A DNA stretch of 64,000 nucleotides from Sulfolobales archaeon HS-7 (GTDB lineage: Archaea > Thermoproteota > Thermoprotei_A > Sulfolobales > Sulfolobaceae): assembly GCA_019704295.1 (NCBI GenBank), contig AP024596.1, positions 1,120,001 through 1,184,000 of the forward strand. The letters are read 5' to 3'. Position 1 is the stretch's first letter; each line of letters starts with the position of its first letter. Shown here piece after piece: positions 40,315 through 49,491 of this stretch. Both the position numbers and the translations under genes were made by a program. The notes below the pieces were generated by a model. That model had not been told where the DNA came from. It searched no databases and worked only from the letters and a program-made list of their open reading frames with translations.

Positions 40315-40663
40315 AGCTGATCATGTTGTTTGGCTCTAGGGCCAGAGGAGACTTCACGGAAAATAGCGATTACGACGTCCTATTAGTGGGCGACGAGGTA
40401 CCTAGGGATCCGCGGAAAGTGTCAGACGAGGTTTACATCCAAGCAATAAAGATGTTTCCGGGTGATGTAGACGCGGTCTTCGTTAATTCCGAGGTCTTTC
40501 TGAAGAAGCTCAGGGAGGGGTCGCCTTTCTTTCTCCAAATAATAGATGAAGGAAAGGTATTACAGAAAGATGAGGCCTTTTGGGGGAGGTGCTAAGGGTA
40601 TACAATGAAGTGAGACCTTCGTTTTAGAGGATAGGAAGGATTTGGTTGAGGAGAACCGCATAG
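40311..40663 (+). pseudogene. Minimal nucleotidyltransferase (MNT) with damaged C-terminus
   Basis: GTG overlaps the HEPN stop; LFGSRARG...SDYD motif. The ORF stops at 40595 after a G5 run; the shifted frame continues EVLRVYNEVRPSF*RIGRIW. Confidence 0.75.
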
Positions 40664-41007
40664 GTTAGTCTTCTGGACTATTCTAGATACCTCATATGTC
40701 AATGTAAAGGTATAGCAAATTGAAGCCGATTAGCTGCCACCTCGCCTTTAACTTAAAGAAGTTAATAGCGCGAAAAGCATTGATAAGGGGCTTGGGCCTT
40801 ATCAAACCTTGGTATTTAAGGCTTAAATAATATGTTCCCTGATTTTAGGAAATATAATAAATAATACGTAAAAGAATCTAATCCTTAAATGAGGACAACT
40901 TCCCTTGATGAAAACTCTTAACTCTGCTATCAAGGACTTTCCATTAAACAATTATGAAAAAAATCGTTTGAAAGAAGATTTATTATTTTTTGCGTAAAGT
41001 TGTATAT

Positions 41008-42882
41008 ATGTATCTTCTGTTTGCCATAGCCCTATCGATGTTGCTGGTAATGCTATTCTCTATAACGGAGATCGAAAAGTGGAAGAGTGACAGGAGGGTA
41101 TTCCTCTCCTTATATCTAGTAGGAATGATGTTAACTATGAACTTAGGAGGTTACCTATGGTTAGCCTATCACCTCTTCTTCGTCTTCATTGCGCTTAATG
41201 CGGGTTACATGATAGGTGGACTATACGCGATAACTATGTTGGGGGAGATAAGGAAGTCAATAGCCTACATTACGTTCTCAATTCTTATGGTAGCATCTGA
41301 GGTTATTATGGGCTCCCTCTTCTACACCCTGAGTAACAAAGTACCCGCTACATTTAACGCCTCTGTCGAAAATCCGTGGTTTATCGGCGTAATGATCACC
41401 GAAATGTTATACACTATTCTCATATCTTATCGGCGAATGAATAGAACTCTACGCAATTACCTAATAGGCCTTCTGCTTCTCATGCCTTGGTTTCCCGATA
41501 TTTTCGGAGTGAGGGTTTCAACTTGGGTGTCGTCAGCGGTAATGATCGGAGTAACTGTGTTGATCTATGAGACGCTTTACAATAATCGACTTAGAGGCGA
41601 TCAGGAAGTGTACACTACAATAGAGCTAATTGCGATTTTCACTTTAATGATGGCGGGAGATTTCGTTCTCTTTCTTACAGGTTCCCTGGAAATCTTTGAC
41701 CTCTCAATGCTTGGTTCGATGTTATGGTTTATTTACAGGGCTCTATCCGGTCCTAATCCAGTCAAGGGAAATTACATGAGGAACTCTAAAATAGCCTTTA
41801 CCATCGTGGCGTTAACTTTTGTAATGGAGTTCTTTATGGGTGCGACGCTGGATTTCGTTCAGGGAGTATTTGCACCTACTTTGCGTGGGTTTATTTCCAG
41901 CTTAACTCTACCCTGGATAGCTGCTGTAAACCCCGTGGGGGTCTTATGGGACTTCACCGACATAGTGGGTAGCGTTCTCGGAAGTACCTGGTTCTTAATA
42001 ATGATGGGAATTGAGATGGGATTCCTCGCGTTCAAGAAAATGATGGAAATGAGAGTTAGGGAAGTTAGGATAAGGATGATGCTGATGATCGTTGCCTATG
42101 CACTTTACTCGGTTTACCTACCATCGTTCTCACCGATATCATCTAAAATACAGTTAATACCCTATATGTGGTCTATGGGGGTAGGAACTCTGGGTCCTGT
42201 CACCGGAGCTGTTTTAGGAGGACTAATCGGTACATACGTTATATACGCTGTCCTTTCCTTCCTCTTTGGGAGTAGGAATCTTTGCGCTATTTCCTGTACT
42301 GCCCCTCTAATGTATCAAGGTAACTTCTATGATTCCCTAAAGGTATATAACAGGAGTTCTTCACTAGGGAGGAAGACGTTAACCTCAAAACTCTCTTCGT
42401 TGTATAAGGCAGTGGCATTAGGAGTTTCATTACTAGTCTTGATATCAGCTGTGTTATCCTACCTCAGCGGGATCAAGGTTATTTCATTCTCTATATTCGG
42501 AACGGACATTACCGTGCTGATTTACTTCATATGGTTTGACGTGATCTGGTACGTTCTTTTCCTATCTATTCCTTTTCTAGGGACTTTCTCTTGCGTTACC
42601 TCAGGGTATTGTTATTGGGGAGTTTTCAATCAGGCGGTGAGTAGGATAGGCCTTTTTAGATTAAAGGTAAGAGACCCTAAGACGTGTTTGAACTGCAAAA
42701 CCGTCGACTGCGCTAACGCCTGCCCCGTGGGGTTGACAGATATGAGGGGAGAATTCCTAAGGAAAGGTGAGTTTAGATCTATGAAGTGTATAGGATTGGG
42801 CGAATGCGTTGATGCCTGTCCCTACGATAACATCTTCTTTTATGACGTGAGGAATTGGGTTAAGGAGAAGTTCAGGGGTTAA
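41008..42882 (+). CDS. foxG: Polytopic membrane protein with C-terminal 4Fe-4S motifs (FoxG-like)
   Basis: About 16 TM segments; CAISCTAP, CVTSGYC, CLNCKTVDCANACP, CIGLGECVDACP. Confidence 0.7.
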   Translation: MYLLFAIALSMLLVMLFSITEIEKWKSDRRVFLSLYLVGMMLTMNLGGYLWLAYHLFFVFIALNAGYMIGGLYAITMLGEIRKSIAYITFSILMVASEVIMGSLFYTLSNKVPATFNASVENPWFIGVMITEMLYTILISYRRMNRTLRNYLIGLLLLMPWFPDIFGVRVSTWVSSAVMIGVTVLIYETLYNNRLRGDQEVYTTIELIAIFTLMMAGDFVLFLTGSLEIFDLSMLGSMLWFIYRALSGPNPVKGNYMRNSKIAFTIVALTFVMEFFMGATLDFVQGVFAPTLRGFISSLTLPWIAAVNPVGVLWDFTDIVGSVLGSTWFLIMMGIEMGFLAFKKMMEMRVREVRIRMMLMIVAYALYSVYLPSFSPISSKIQLIPYMWSMGVGTLGPVTGAVLGGLIGTYVIYAVLSFLFGSRNLCAISCTAPLMYQGNFYDSLKVYNRSSSLGRKTLTSKLSSLYKAVALGVSLLVLISAVLSYLSGIKVISFSIFGTDITVLIYFIWFDVIWYVLFLSIPFLGTFSCVTSGYCYWGVFNQAVSRIGLFRLKVRDPKTCLNCKTVDCANACPVGLTDMRGEFLRKGEFRSMKCIGLGECVDACPYDNIFFYDVRNWVKEKFRG

Positions 42883-42885
42883 CAC

Positions 42886-43644
42886 TTGCTAATTCTGGCG
42901 TCTATAGCAGGAGTAATGGTCGCGATAATAGTTTTTTTGCTCTATGAGGCTTTGAAAACTACAACACTTCTTCATCTCCTCCTCGTATATTTCGGATTTT
43001 TCATGATGATCGTTATGTTCATTAGTGCCTTCATCTACTTAGAGAACCCATCAAGGTTCTCAATCGGAGTTGCAATCGCGTTTAGTAACGTAACCATGAT
43101 AGGATTTCTGGTTTACCTTTTCGATAAAGTAAGAAAGAAGAGCTTCTCAGGTCTAACCACGGGGACGCTAATCGTACTGTCAATTCTAGCCGTGTTGAGC
43201 GAGGTAACTATGAGCCTTACCTTCGGGGTAGTATATTACGGAGTACACGCATTCGGGACTCTATACAGTTCCTTTTATTACGCAGTAAATAGCCCCTGGT
43301 TTTTCTATCCTATGATGACAGAGATGATCTCCTTATTTCTGATAGAGTACGTATCGGGAACTACGCACAGGGAACTACTCCCGCTCATTGGGATAGCGGC
43401 TTTTCCCCCTACCATTTTTGACTTTAACCAATGGGTCTACACTGCAGTTGTCATGTCGATTGTTTTCTCAGTTTTGGGAATTATTTCCTCTAAGGACGAA
43501 CTTAGACTTGTATACGTTTTGATAGGCATTTCCGCAATACTAACTGAAAGGTGGGCGATTCCATATGATGTTGTGATTTTAATTTCCATGACAGTGTATT
43601 ACTTCTTTCTATTGGAGAGAAATCCCGGCGCAACACTTTCCTGA
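42886..43644 (+). CDS. foxH: Membrane protein (FoxH-like)
   Basis: Polytopic; SEVTM and VNSPWFFYPMMTEM motifs echo FoxG SEVIM and VENPWF..MITEM; adjacent to foxG. Confidence 0.6.
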   Translation: MLILASIAGVMVAIIVFLLYEALKTTTLLHLLLVYFGFFMMIVMFISAFIYLENPSRFSIGVAIAFSNVTMIGFLVYLFDKVRKKSFSGLTTGTLIVLSILAVLSEVTMSLTFGVVYYGVHAFGTLYSSFYYAVNSPWFFYPMMTEMISLFLIEYVSGTTHRELLPLIGIAAFPPTIFDFNQWVYTAVVMSIVFSVLGIISSKDELRLVYVLIGISAILTERWAIPYDVVILISMTVYYFFLLERNPGATLS

Positions 43645-43737
43645 TCCTAACGTAAGTGTGCTGTTGTGATTAGTTATGAGGATTAAAAATCTCAATTTAG
43701 TTCATATTATTAACTCACCAAAATCAGGAAAGTGCTT

Positions 43738-44469
43738 CTAGAGATCTAATTCAAGGTAAATAGGAGCGTGGTCAGATCCTGTAACCTTTTCGAGGATGTT
43801 TGCGTATTTTAAGTCGTCTCTCAACCCCTCTGATACAAGGCAATAATCGATCCTCCATCCTTCATTCCTTTCCCTAGCTTTCGTCACATAACTCCACCAT
43901 GTATACCTATCCCTCTCCCTATGAAACACCCTGAAGGTATCAATGAAGCCCTGTTCAAGGATATGCCTTAACCACGACCTCTCCTCGGGAGTTTGCCCAG
44001 GGAGCGTCGGATTTATGTACGCAGCGTCCCAGTCCTCTAGTATGGCATTAAAGTCCCCACATATTATAACCTCCTTTTCCCTTCTTAAATTAATAAGGAA
44101 TTTTTCAATAGCATAGTTGAATTCCATTTTATATTTTAACCTGGAGAGATTATCTCCTGCTCTAGGGAAGTAAGCGTTTACTGCGAAAAATTTCTCAAAT
44201 TCTAAGGTGAGAACTCTCCCCTCCCTATCGAATTCCTCGCCTATCCCCTTAATCACCCTCTTCGGCGGGAACCTTGAAAAAGTCATGACCCCACTATACC
44301 CTTTTTTCTCCGCTGGAAATAGGTAGACATTATACTCAAGCATTAGAGGAACTTCGTTAGTTCGGGCTTCCTGAATCATGATTATGTCATAACCGGTGAC
44401 TACGTCATCGAAGCCTTTCCTAGCTATAGATTTAAAACCGTTAACGTTCCAAGATAATATCCTTATCAT
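43738..44469 (-). CDS. xth: Exodeoxyribonuclease III / AP endonuclease
   Basis: SWNVNG, QE, GYSGV, GDFN, GWRIDY, SDHAP. Confidence 0.95.
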   Translation of the reverse strand: MIRILSWNVNGFKSIARKGFDDVVTGYDIIMIQEARTNEVPLMLEYNVYLFPAEKKGYSGVMTFSRFPPKRVIKGIGEEFDREGRVLTLEFEKFFAVNAYFPRAGDNLSRLKYKMEFNYAIEKFLINLRREKEVIICGDFNAILEDWDAAYINPTLPGQTPEERSWLRHILEQGFIDTFRVFHRERDRYTWWSYVTKARERNEGWRIDYCLVSEGLRDDLKYANILEKVTGSDHAPIYLELDL

Positions 44470-44504
44470 CTGTATGTAATGTGCATGTAGGTATTAAAAA
44501 AGAT

Positions 44505-44837
44505 TCAGAAAGTTATAATCTGATAACCCTGGTTTACAAAATACGAAAGCCTTTCACCGAAATTTGAAAGACGTAATCCGAGTTGCGTCAACTGAGGCTT
44601 TATCCCCTTTGCCTCCGCTATTCCCACACACGCTGAGTCAACTACATCTGCCTTTATTAGTTCGTCAAACATTTGCTTTATATCCCCCGATAGCTTAGTT
44701 ACTCTCTCCTGGGCTGGGCCAAAAAATAACACCTTCGTGTCCTCGTATCTGTTGTTTTTCATTGACGTATATGCTACCCTAATTCCTAGGTCGCACTTCT
44801 CATCTCCTGACATAATTAAGAACAGAACTTTTGTCAT
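44505..44837 (-). CDS. DsrE-like protein
   Basis: VLFFGP...SACVGIA...GYQIITF pattern. Confidence 0.75.
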   Translation of the reverse strand: MTKVLFLIMSGDEKCDLGIRVAYTSMKNNRYEDTKVLFFGPAQERVTKLSGDIKQMFDELIKADVVDSACVGIAEAKGIKPQLTQLGLRLSNFGERLSYFVNQGYQIITF

Positions 44838-44883
44838 AAACGATTCTTTACATGACGAAATAAAAGATTGAGTTTATGTTTTT

Positions 44884-45213
44884 CTATGTTCCCTTGTACA
44901 GTTTAGATGCAACTTTTTTCCCTTCTTTTGTAAGTTGGTAATACACTCCCTTAGGCTTACCATCCATCATTCTAGCCTTTACCTTTAACCATGGTTTTAC
45001 TGAAGAGGTGGGCGATCTCTTTAGTTGACCTCGAAATACCTCTAAGTATCCTAGATCTACAAGTTGCTTGCATACCTTTTCTATCGCCTCCTCATCATAT
45101 ACAGGTGAGTAACCGCTTTTGCCGTTAAGTCTCCTAGCCATATACCATGGACTGTCAGGACCGTATTTGTATATGTGTATTAGAATAGATTTGGCTAAGT
45201 CGTCCATGCGCAT
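44884..45213 (-). CDS. Winged-helix-like hypothetical protein (DUF2250-like)
   Basis: ILIHIYKYGPD, LVDLGYLE, YYQLTKEG. Confidence 0.65.
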   Translation of the reverse strand: MRMDDLAKSILIHIYKYGPDSPWYMARRLNGKSGYSPVYDEEAIEKVCKQLVDLGYLEVFRGQLKRSPTSSVKPWLKVKARMMDGKPKGVYYQLTKEGKKVASKLYKGT

Positions 45214-45275
45214 CTCCTCCGTGGTTCTACAAAAGACTTTTCACCTTCTGAAAAGAAAAGGTTGTAGGTGGAAAA

Positions 45276-46001
45276 GTGCCCTGTCAGGGAGTGCATAGGG
45301 TTCTAGCAGGTCCAATTGAGTTTCCCGAGTTCTCCTCAGTTTTCGTTATATGCGATGAGAAGGTAGTAGTGATCGACGGTGGGGTTCCGAATTCAACTAT
45401 GGACGCAGGTTTCCTTAACCAGGTTGACTACCTAGTTATTACTCACGCTCATGTAGATCACTTAGGCACCTTAAGGGAGATCGTTAGCAGATACAAACCT
45501 AAAATACTCATTTCTGAGCAAGAGTACCAGAGGATGGATTTCGAGAAAATTAACTCAGAGGGACGGGAAATCTACAAAGATCTAATGGAATTCTTCGGGG
45601 AAGCGGAGAAGGTAGAGGGGGAATTTGTCATAGTCGATGAGGACGATGAGTTTCCCTTGGGGGAGAACACGTTGAGAGTTATTTACTCTCCTGGTCACTC
45701 AAAGGGACATATATCAGTAATGATAGGGAACTTTCTTTATGCCGGCGACGCATTAGGGGCTATATTCAACGGAAGGTATTTTCCCCTGCTATTAAGAGGT
45801 TCTTCAAGGGAACAATATTACAGCTCGATTAGGAAATTACTTGAGTATAATCCAAGCATGATTGGATTAAGCCACGGAGGTCTACTTCCTTTCAGTGATG
45901 TGGAGAGGTCGATTAAGGAGAACTCTCCCCCCGGGGATTTCGGACTTGGAGGTACTGCGGAGGAAATCGCGAGGAAGTTCTCCTCCCTTTTCGTATATTA
46001 G
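45276..46001 (+). CDS. Metallo-beta-lactamase-fold hydrolase
   Basis: THAHVDH, PGHSKGH, GD and SHG motifs. Confidence 0.9.
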   Translation: MPCQGVHRVLAGPIEFPEFSSVFVICDEKVVVIDGGVPNSTMDAGFLNQVDYLVITHAHVDHLGTLREIVSRYKPKILISEQEYQRMDFEKINSEGREIYKDLMEFFGEAEKVEGEFVIVDEDDEFPLGENTLRVIYSPGHSKGHISVMIGNFLYAGDALGAIFNGRYFPLLLRGSSREQYYSSIRKLLEYNPSMIGLSHGGLLPFSDVERSIKENSPPGDFGLGGTAEEIARKFSSLFVY

Positions 46002-46555
46002 AGGAGGAATGTTCTAGATTTGTGAGAGACTAGTTTAGAAATGTAGTTCTTTAACGTATCATCGCATGCTCCTGCTAAGACCTTTTTCTCTAACTCCTTG
46101 TCTTTCCTGATCTCCTTTAACTCCGATTGTATCCTACCGTATTCCTCTTGGGGAATAATGGTAGTAACCGGTGTAGCCCTCAGGTCCTTAGCCACTATGG
46201 CTGCAGCTACCGACATTGCTTTCCTTCCTCCCGTAAAGTCAACGTAATCTCCGGGCTGAACTTTATTACGAAGTTCCCTTCTTATTACCTCGTAATCTTC
46301 CTTTGAGGTTACATCGCTCATAGGAAGGGGGATCTCAGCTATGCTTACCTTCTCGTTAAGGCACAGGAATATTTTCATTACCAATTTACCCGCCAACTGA
46401 ACCTCTGGATCCGCCGTCTTTACAACGTAGACCTCATCTATGGTAACTGGATACACGTTTTCTCCCTCGTAATTTCCGGTTGTTAAGTTCTTGTAAGTTT
46501 CGTAAATTCCACCAGGAGATGTTCCTAACGTAGCAACTAGTTTTACCATAGACAT
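45998..46555 (-). CDS. crn1: CRISPR-associated ring nuclease (CARF, Crn1 family)
   Basis: LVATLGTSPGG and DFTGGRKAMS CARF ring-nuclease motifs. Confidence 0.88.
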   Translation of the reverse strand: MSMVKLVATLGTSPGGIYETYKNLTTGNYEGENVYPVTIDEVYVVKTADPEVQLAGKLVMKIFLCLNEKVSIAEIPLPMSDVTSKEDYEVIRRELRNKVQPGDYVDFTGGRKAMSVAAAIVAKDLRATPVTTIIPQEEYGRIQSELKEIRKDKELEKKVLAGACDDTLKNYISKLVSHKSRTFLL

Positions 46556-46737
46556 ATTGTAACGTACTTCCTTATAAAATTGGATTTTACGATAAACATC
46601 ACGTAACGCTTAGAGAAAGGGAAGTAAATTACGTAATTAAACGAATTCTTGACTGACGTATTTTATGAGTTATCTCCGTAATTGTTCGCGTTACTCAAGA
46701 GCTAAACTCTACCCGGTTTACCATAGCCTTTATACAC

Positions 46738-47124
46738 CTAAGAGGAAAGCGACTCCTTCTTCAGCGCGTCAAGAACTATCTTTCTGAATAGTTCGTCCAG
46801 TTCCTTTCCCATTTCCCCTAGACCCCATTTTTCAAAGACCTCAGCGGGGTCCCTATACTCAACGTACACCTCTCCTCCGTCCTCATAAACGTATATCCTC
46901 AGTGGCGGTTCTATTCCGGCTCTTATTTGCGTTGATATTACCCTGTAGGCAAGATCAGGTCTAAACACCTCGAATATGTAATTTCCGCCTACTTTGAAAC
47001 CGGCTTTTCTCATCCTCTCTCCAGCATCTATCTTATTAACTATAACCATGTGGTTCTCGGTTACGGATTTCTCGATCCTACTCAGGGTGCTGGAAAAATC
47101 GTAGGGAGATTTGAATACCTCCAT
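46738..47124 (-). CDS. DUF302 family protein
   Basis: KSPYDF..T..RIE, PPLRIYVYED.G.VYVEY; ATG 47124 preferred over the upstream TTG. Confidence 0.8.
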   Translation of the reverse strand: MEVFKSPYDFSSTLSRIEKSVTENHMVIVNKIDAGERMRKAGFKVGGNYIFEVFRPDLAYRVISTQIRAGIEPPLRIYVYEDGGEVYVEYRDPAEVFEKWGLGEMGKELDELFRKIVLDALKKESLSS

Positions 47125-47160
47125 ATACGAGTTTTTTAAAAAATCCAAATAAAGTTAACT

Positions 47161-49191
47161 TCACTTGGCGGTTATTCTACGAAAGGGCTTGGTAACGTTT
47201 ATCGAAACTCCCTTCTCGTTGTAATCGAAAGGAACCTCGACACCGTCAACCTTTACTTCCCTGGGGACAACATTCCAATGAACTTTACTCACGTAAAGTG
47301 GTTCGGAAGTCTCGATCTCGTTCTCGTTGAATCTTACGATAACGTTGTTTACCCTTATTTCACCTTTTCCTGCTATGAAAAACCCGTCCCTTAGCTGTAC
47401 GAGGGAATTATCCCTAACGTATATTGGGAGATCGTTCTCCGAGTTCACATATCCTGAGTACTCCCTCATGGTCCAAAAGCTTATCCACTTTCCAGGCAAA
47501 TAGACACTCCTATTTTCCTTCCCTTTCTCTATAACAGGAGCGAAGAGTATTGAGGAACCGGCCATGTACTCGTCATCTACATAGCAGGAATCCTCATCTT
47601 CCTGAAATTCGTAAAAGAGAGGTCTAACGAAGAGAGTACCTTCCCTGCTGACCTCTTTCATTACCTCAGTTAAATAAGGAAGGAACCTATATCTGAGGGA
47701 AATTGTCTCGATCACTCTTCGCTTGTAGTATGAGGGGAGATAAATCGCCTCTACGTTAGTTCCATCTGTTGCCTTATGGGTTCTGTAAATAGGGAAAAAT
47801 AAAGCCATTTGATACTGCCTTAATAGCAATTCGTAAGAACTGTCGGAGGTCGAGGGACCTCTTCCCTGAAATCCGCCTATGTCTATTCCTACATAGGGAA
47901 TACCTGAAATCGACATCCCCAAAACCATCTGTAATTGCAATCTGAGCTGATCCCAGGAAGAGGTACTGTCTCCTGTCCAGGACGCTGCGTACCGTTGAAT
48001 ACCGGCAAATCCGGATCTGGAGAGAATGAAGGGCTTTTTCCCGGCTTTTAAAAGGCCCTCATGAGTTGCCATGGCTTGATAAAGGGGATAGGCGTTCCTG
48101 ACCTCATTGTGTAATATCTCCTTTCCTCTGAATACGTGGACAACGTCATCATCGAATGCGGTAAGGAATCTATCATCCCTTAACGCAATTCTCCCTAATT
48201 CTCCCTCGGGATGGGTTAGCCTAGAAAAGTCCGTAGGCTCGTTCATATCAAGCCAAATTCCGTCAATTCCTTGACTTACCCACCTCCTTATTTCCTCAGA
48301 CCACCAATCCCTGGTTTCCTCCTTGAAGAAGTCAGGGTATGCCGAGGAGCCCGGCCACATCCATCCTACGTAAAGCTCCCCGCTTCTCCTCTTACAGTAC
48401 TTACCCATCCCCCTTAAAAATACGTCATACTCCTGTTCTACCCTAACCGAGTGATCCACGATTGTTATTAGTTTGATTCCCCTTTCACTCAGTTGCCTAA
48501 TGAAATCTTGAGGATTGGGAAACCTCTCCTTATTCCAGGTAAATAGCTTAAAATTCTCCATGAAGTCTATGTCCAGAAATACTGCTGACACCTCAACGCC
48601 TTCCTTTTTCATTTCATCTAAGAGTTCTATTACTCTGTCCTGTGGGAAGTAGGTGTATCGAGACATCATGTATCCTAGAGACCACTCAGGTAACTCGGTA
48701 GGCATTCCCGTCAATTGGAAGTACCTCTTAATAACATCTTTAATTCTCGGTCCTTCTATAACGTAGAACTCTATTCCCGAAGACGGTACATTAACTATCA
48801 ATTTTGAGTAATCTGAAAACCCTATATCAAATTCAATTTTGGAAGCAGAATTAAAGAAAAAACCTGTAGCCTTATCGCCATTTACCGAGATTACGAAGGG
48901 GACGTTAAGGTACATCGGATCCTGATACTTAACGTAAACTCCAGGGTCTACATTCCACATAACGTATTTTTTGTGGTTCCTATCCAACTCAAAGGTCTTT
49001 TCTCCTAAGCCGAAAATCCTCTCCTTTAGCCCGAGCTTCTTTACGACAGTTGTTTCATTCCTCATCGTTAGACCAAAGTCCTCTGGGGTTACGTCGACCT
49101 TTGCGAACTCCGATTTAATGTCTAAGGCTGGAATAGGTTCATTTATTTCGAATTTAGTTATTCCCTCACTTTTATAGGATTTAATTTTCAC
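47161..49191 (-). CDS. malA: Alpha-glucosidase, GH31
   Basis: GIWLDMNEP nucleophile motif, WTGD acid/base, DIGGF. Confidence 0.93.
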   Translation of the reverse strand: MKIKSYKSEGITKFEINEPIPALDIKSEFAKVDVTPEDFGLTMRNETTVVKKLGLKERIFGLGEKTFELDRNHKKYVMWNVDPGVYVKYQDPMYLNVPFVISVNGDKATGFFFNSASKIEFDIGFSDYSKLIVNVPSSGIEFYVIEGPRIKDVIKRYFQLTGMPTELPEWSLGYMMSRYTYFPQDRVIELLDEMKKEGVEVSAVFLDIDFMENFKLFTWNKERFPNPQDFIRQLSERGIKLITIVDHSVRVEQEYDVFLRGMGKYCKRRSGELYVGWMWPGSSAYPDFFKEETRDWWSEEIRRWVSQGIDGIWLDMNEPTDFSRLTHPEGELGRIALRDDRFLTAFDDDVVHVFRGKEILHNEVRNAYPLYQAMATHEGLLKAGKKPFILSRSGFAGIQRYAASWTGDSTSSWDQLRLQLQMVLGMSISGIPYVGIDIGGFQGRGPSTSDSSYELLLRQYQMALFFPIYRTHKATDGTNVEAIYLPSYYKRRVIETISLRYRFLPYLTEVMKEVSREGTLFVRPLFYEFQEDEDSCYVDDEYMAGSSILFAPVIEKGKENRSVYLPGKWISFWTMREYSGYVNSENDLPIYVRDNSLVQLRDGFFIAGKGEIRVNNVIVRFNENEIETSEPLYVSKVHWNVVPREVKVDGVEVPFDYNEKGVSINVTKPFRRITAK

Positions 49192-49491
49192 ACAGAAATG
49201 TATACAGTCTCAAAGTAATATAGGTTTTTAGGATAACTCTTATGGAAGTAATCTAGTCTATTCCTTTAGGAAACAGTGAGTTGATACTACGTAACGTAAT
49301 CAGCAGCGGAGTCCTATACTTAAAAGTTAATTCTGTTACTTTTCATCTTATATCTTGATTTATAGAGATGTTTTATAACTTTTTACTTTATCTAGTTATT
49401 AACATTAATTACGCTTTAACACTGTTACGGATATTTGTAAGAAATACTATAAGTATTATTCATTAAGAATATTTAGTATTTTGAAAAAAAC

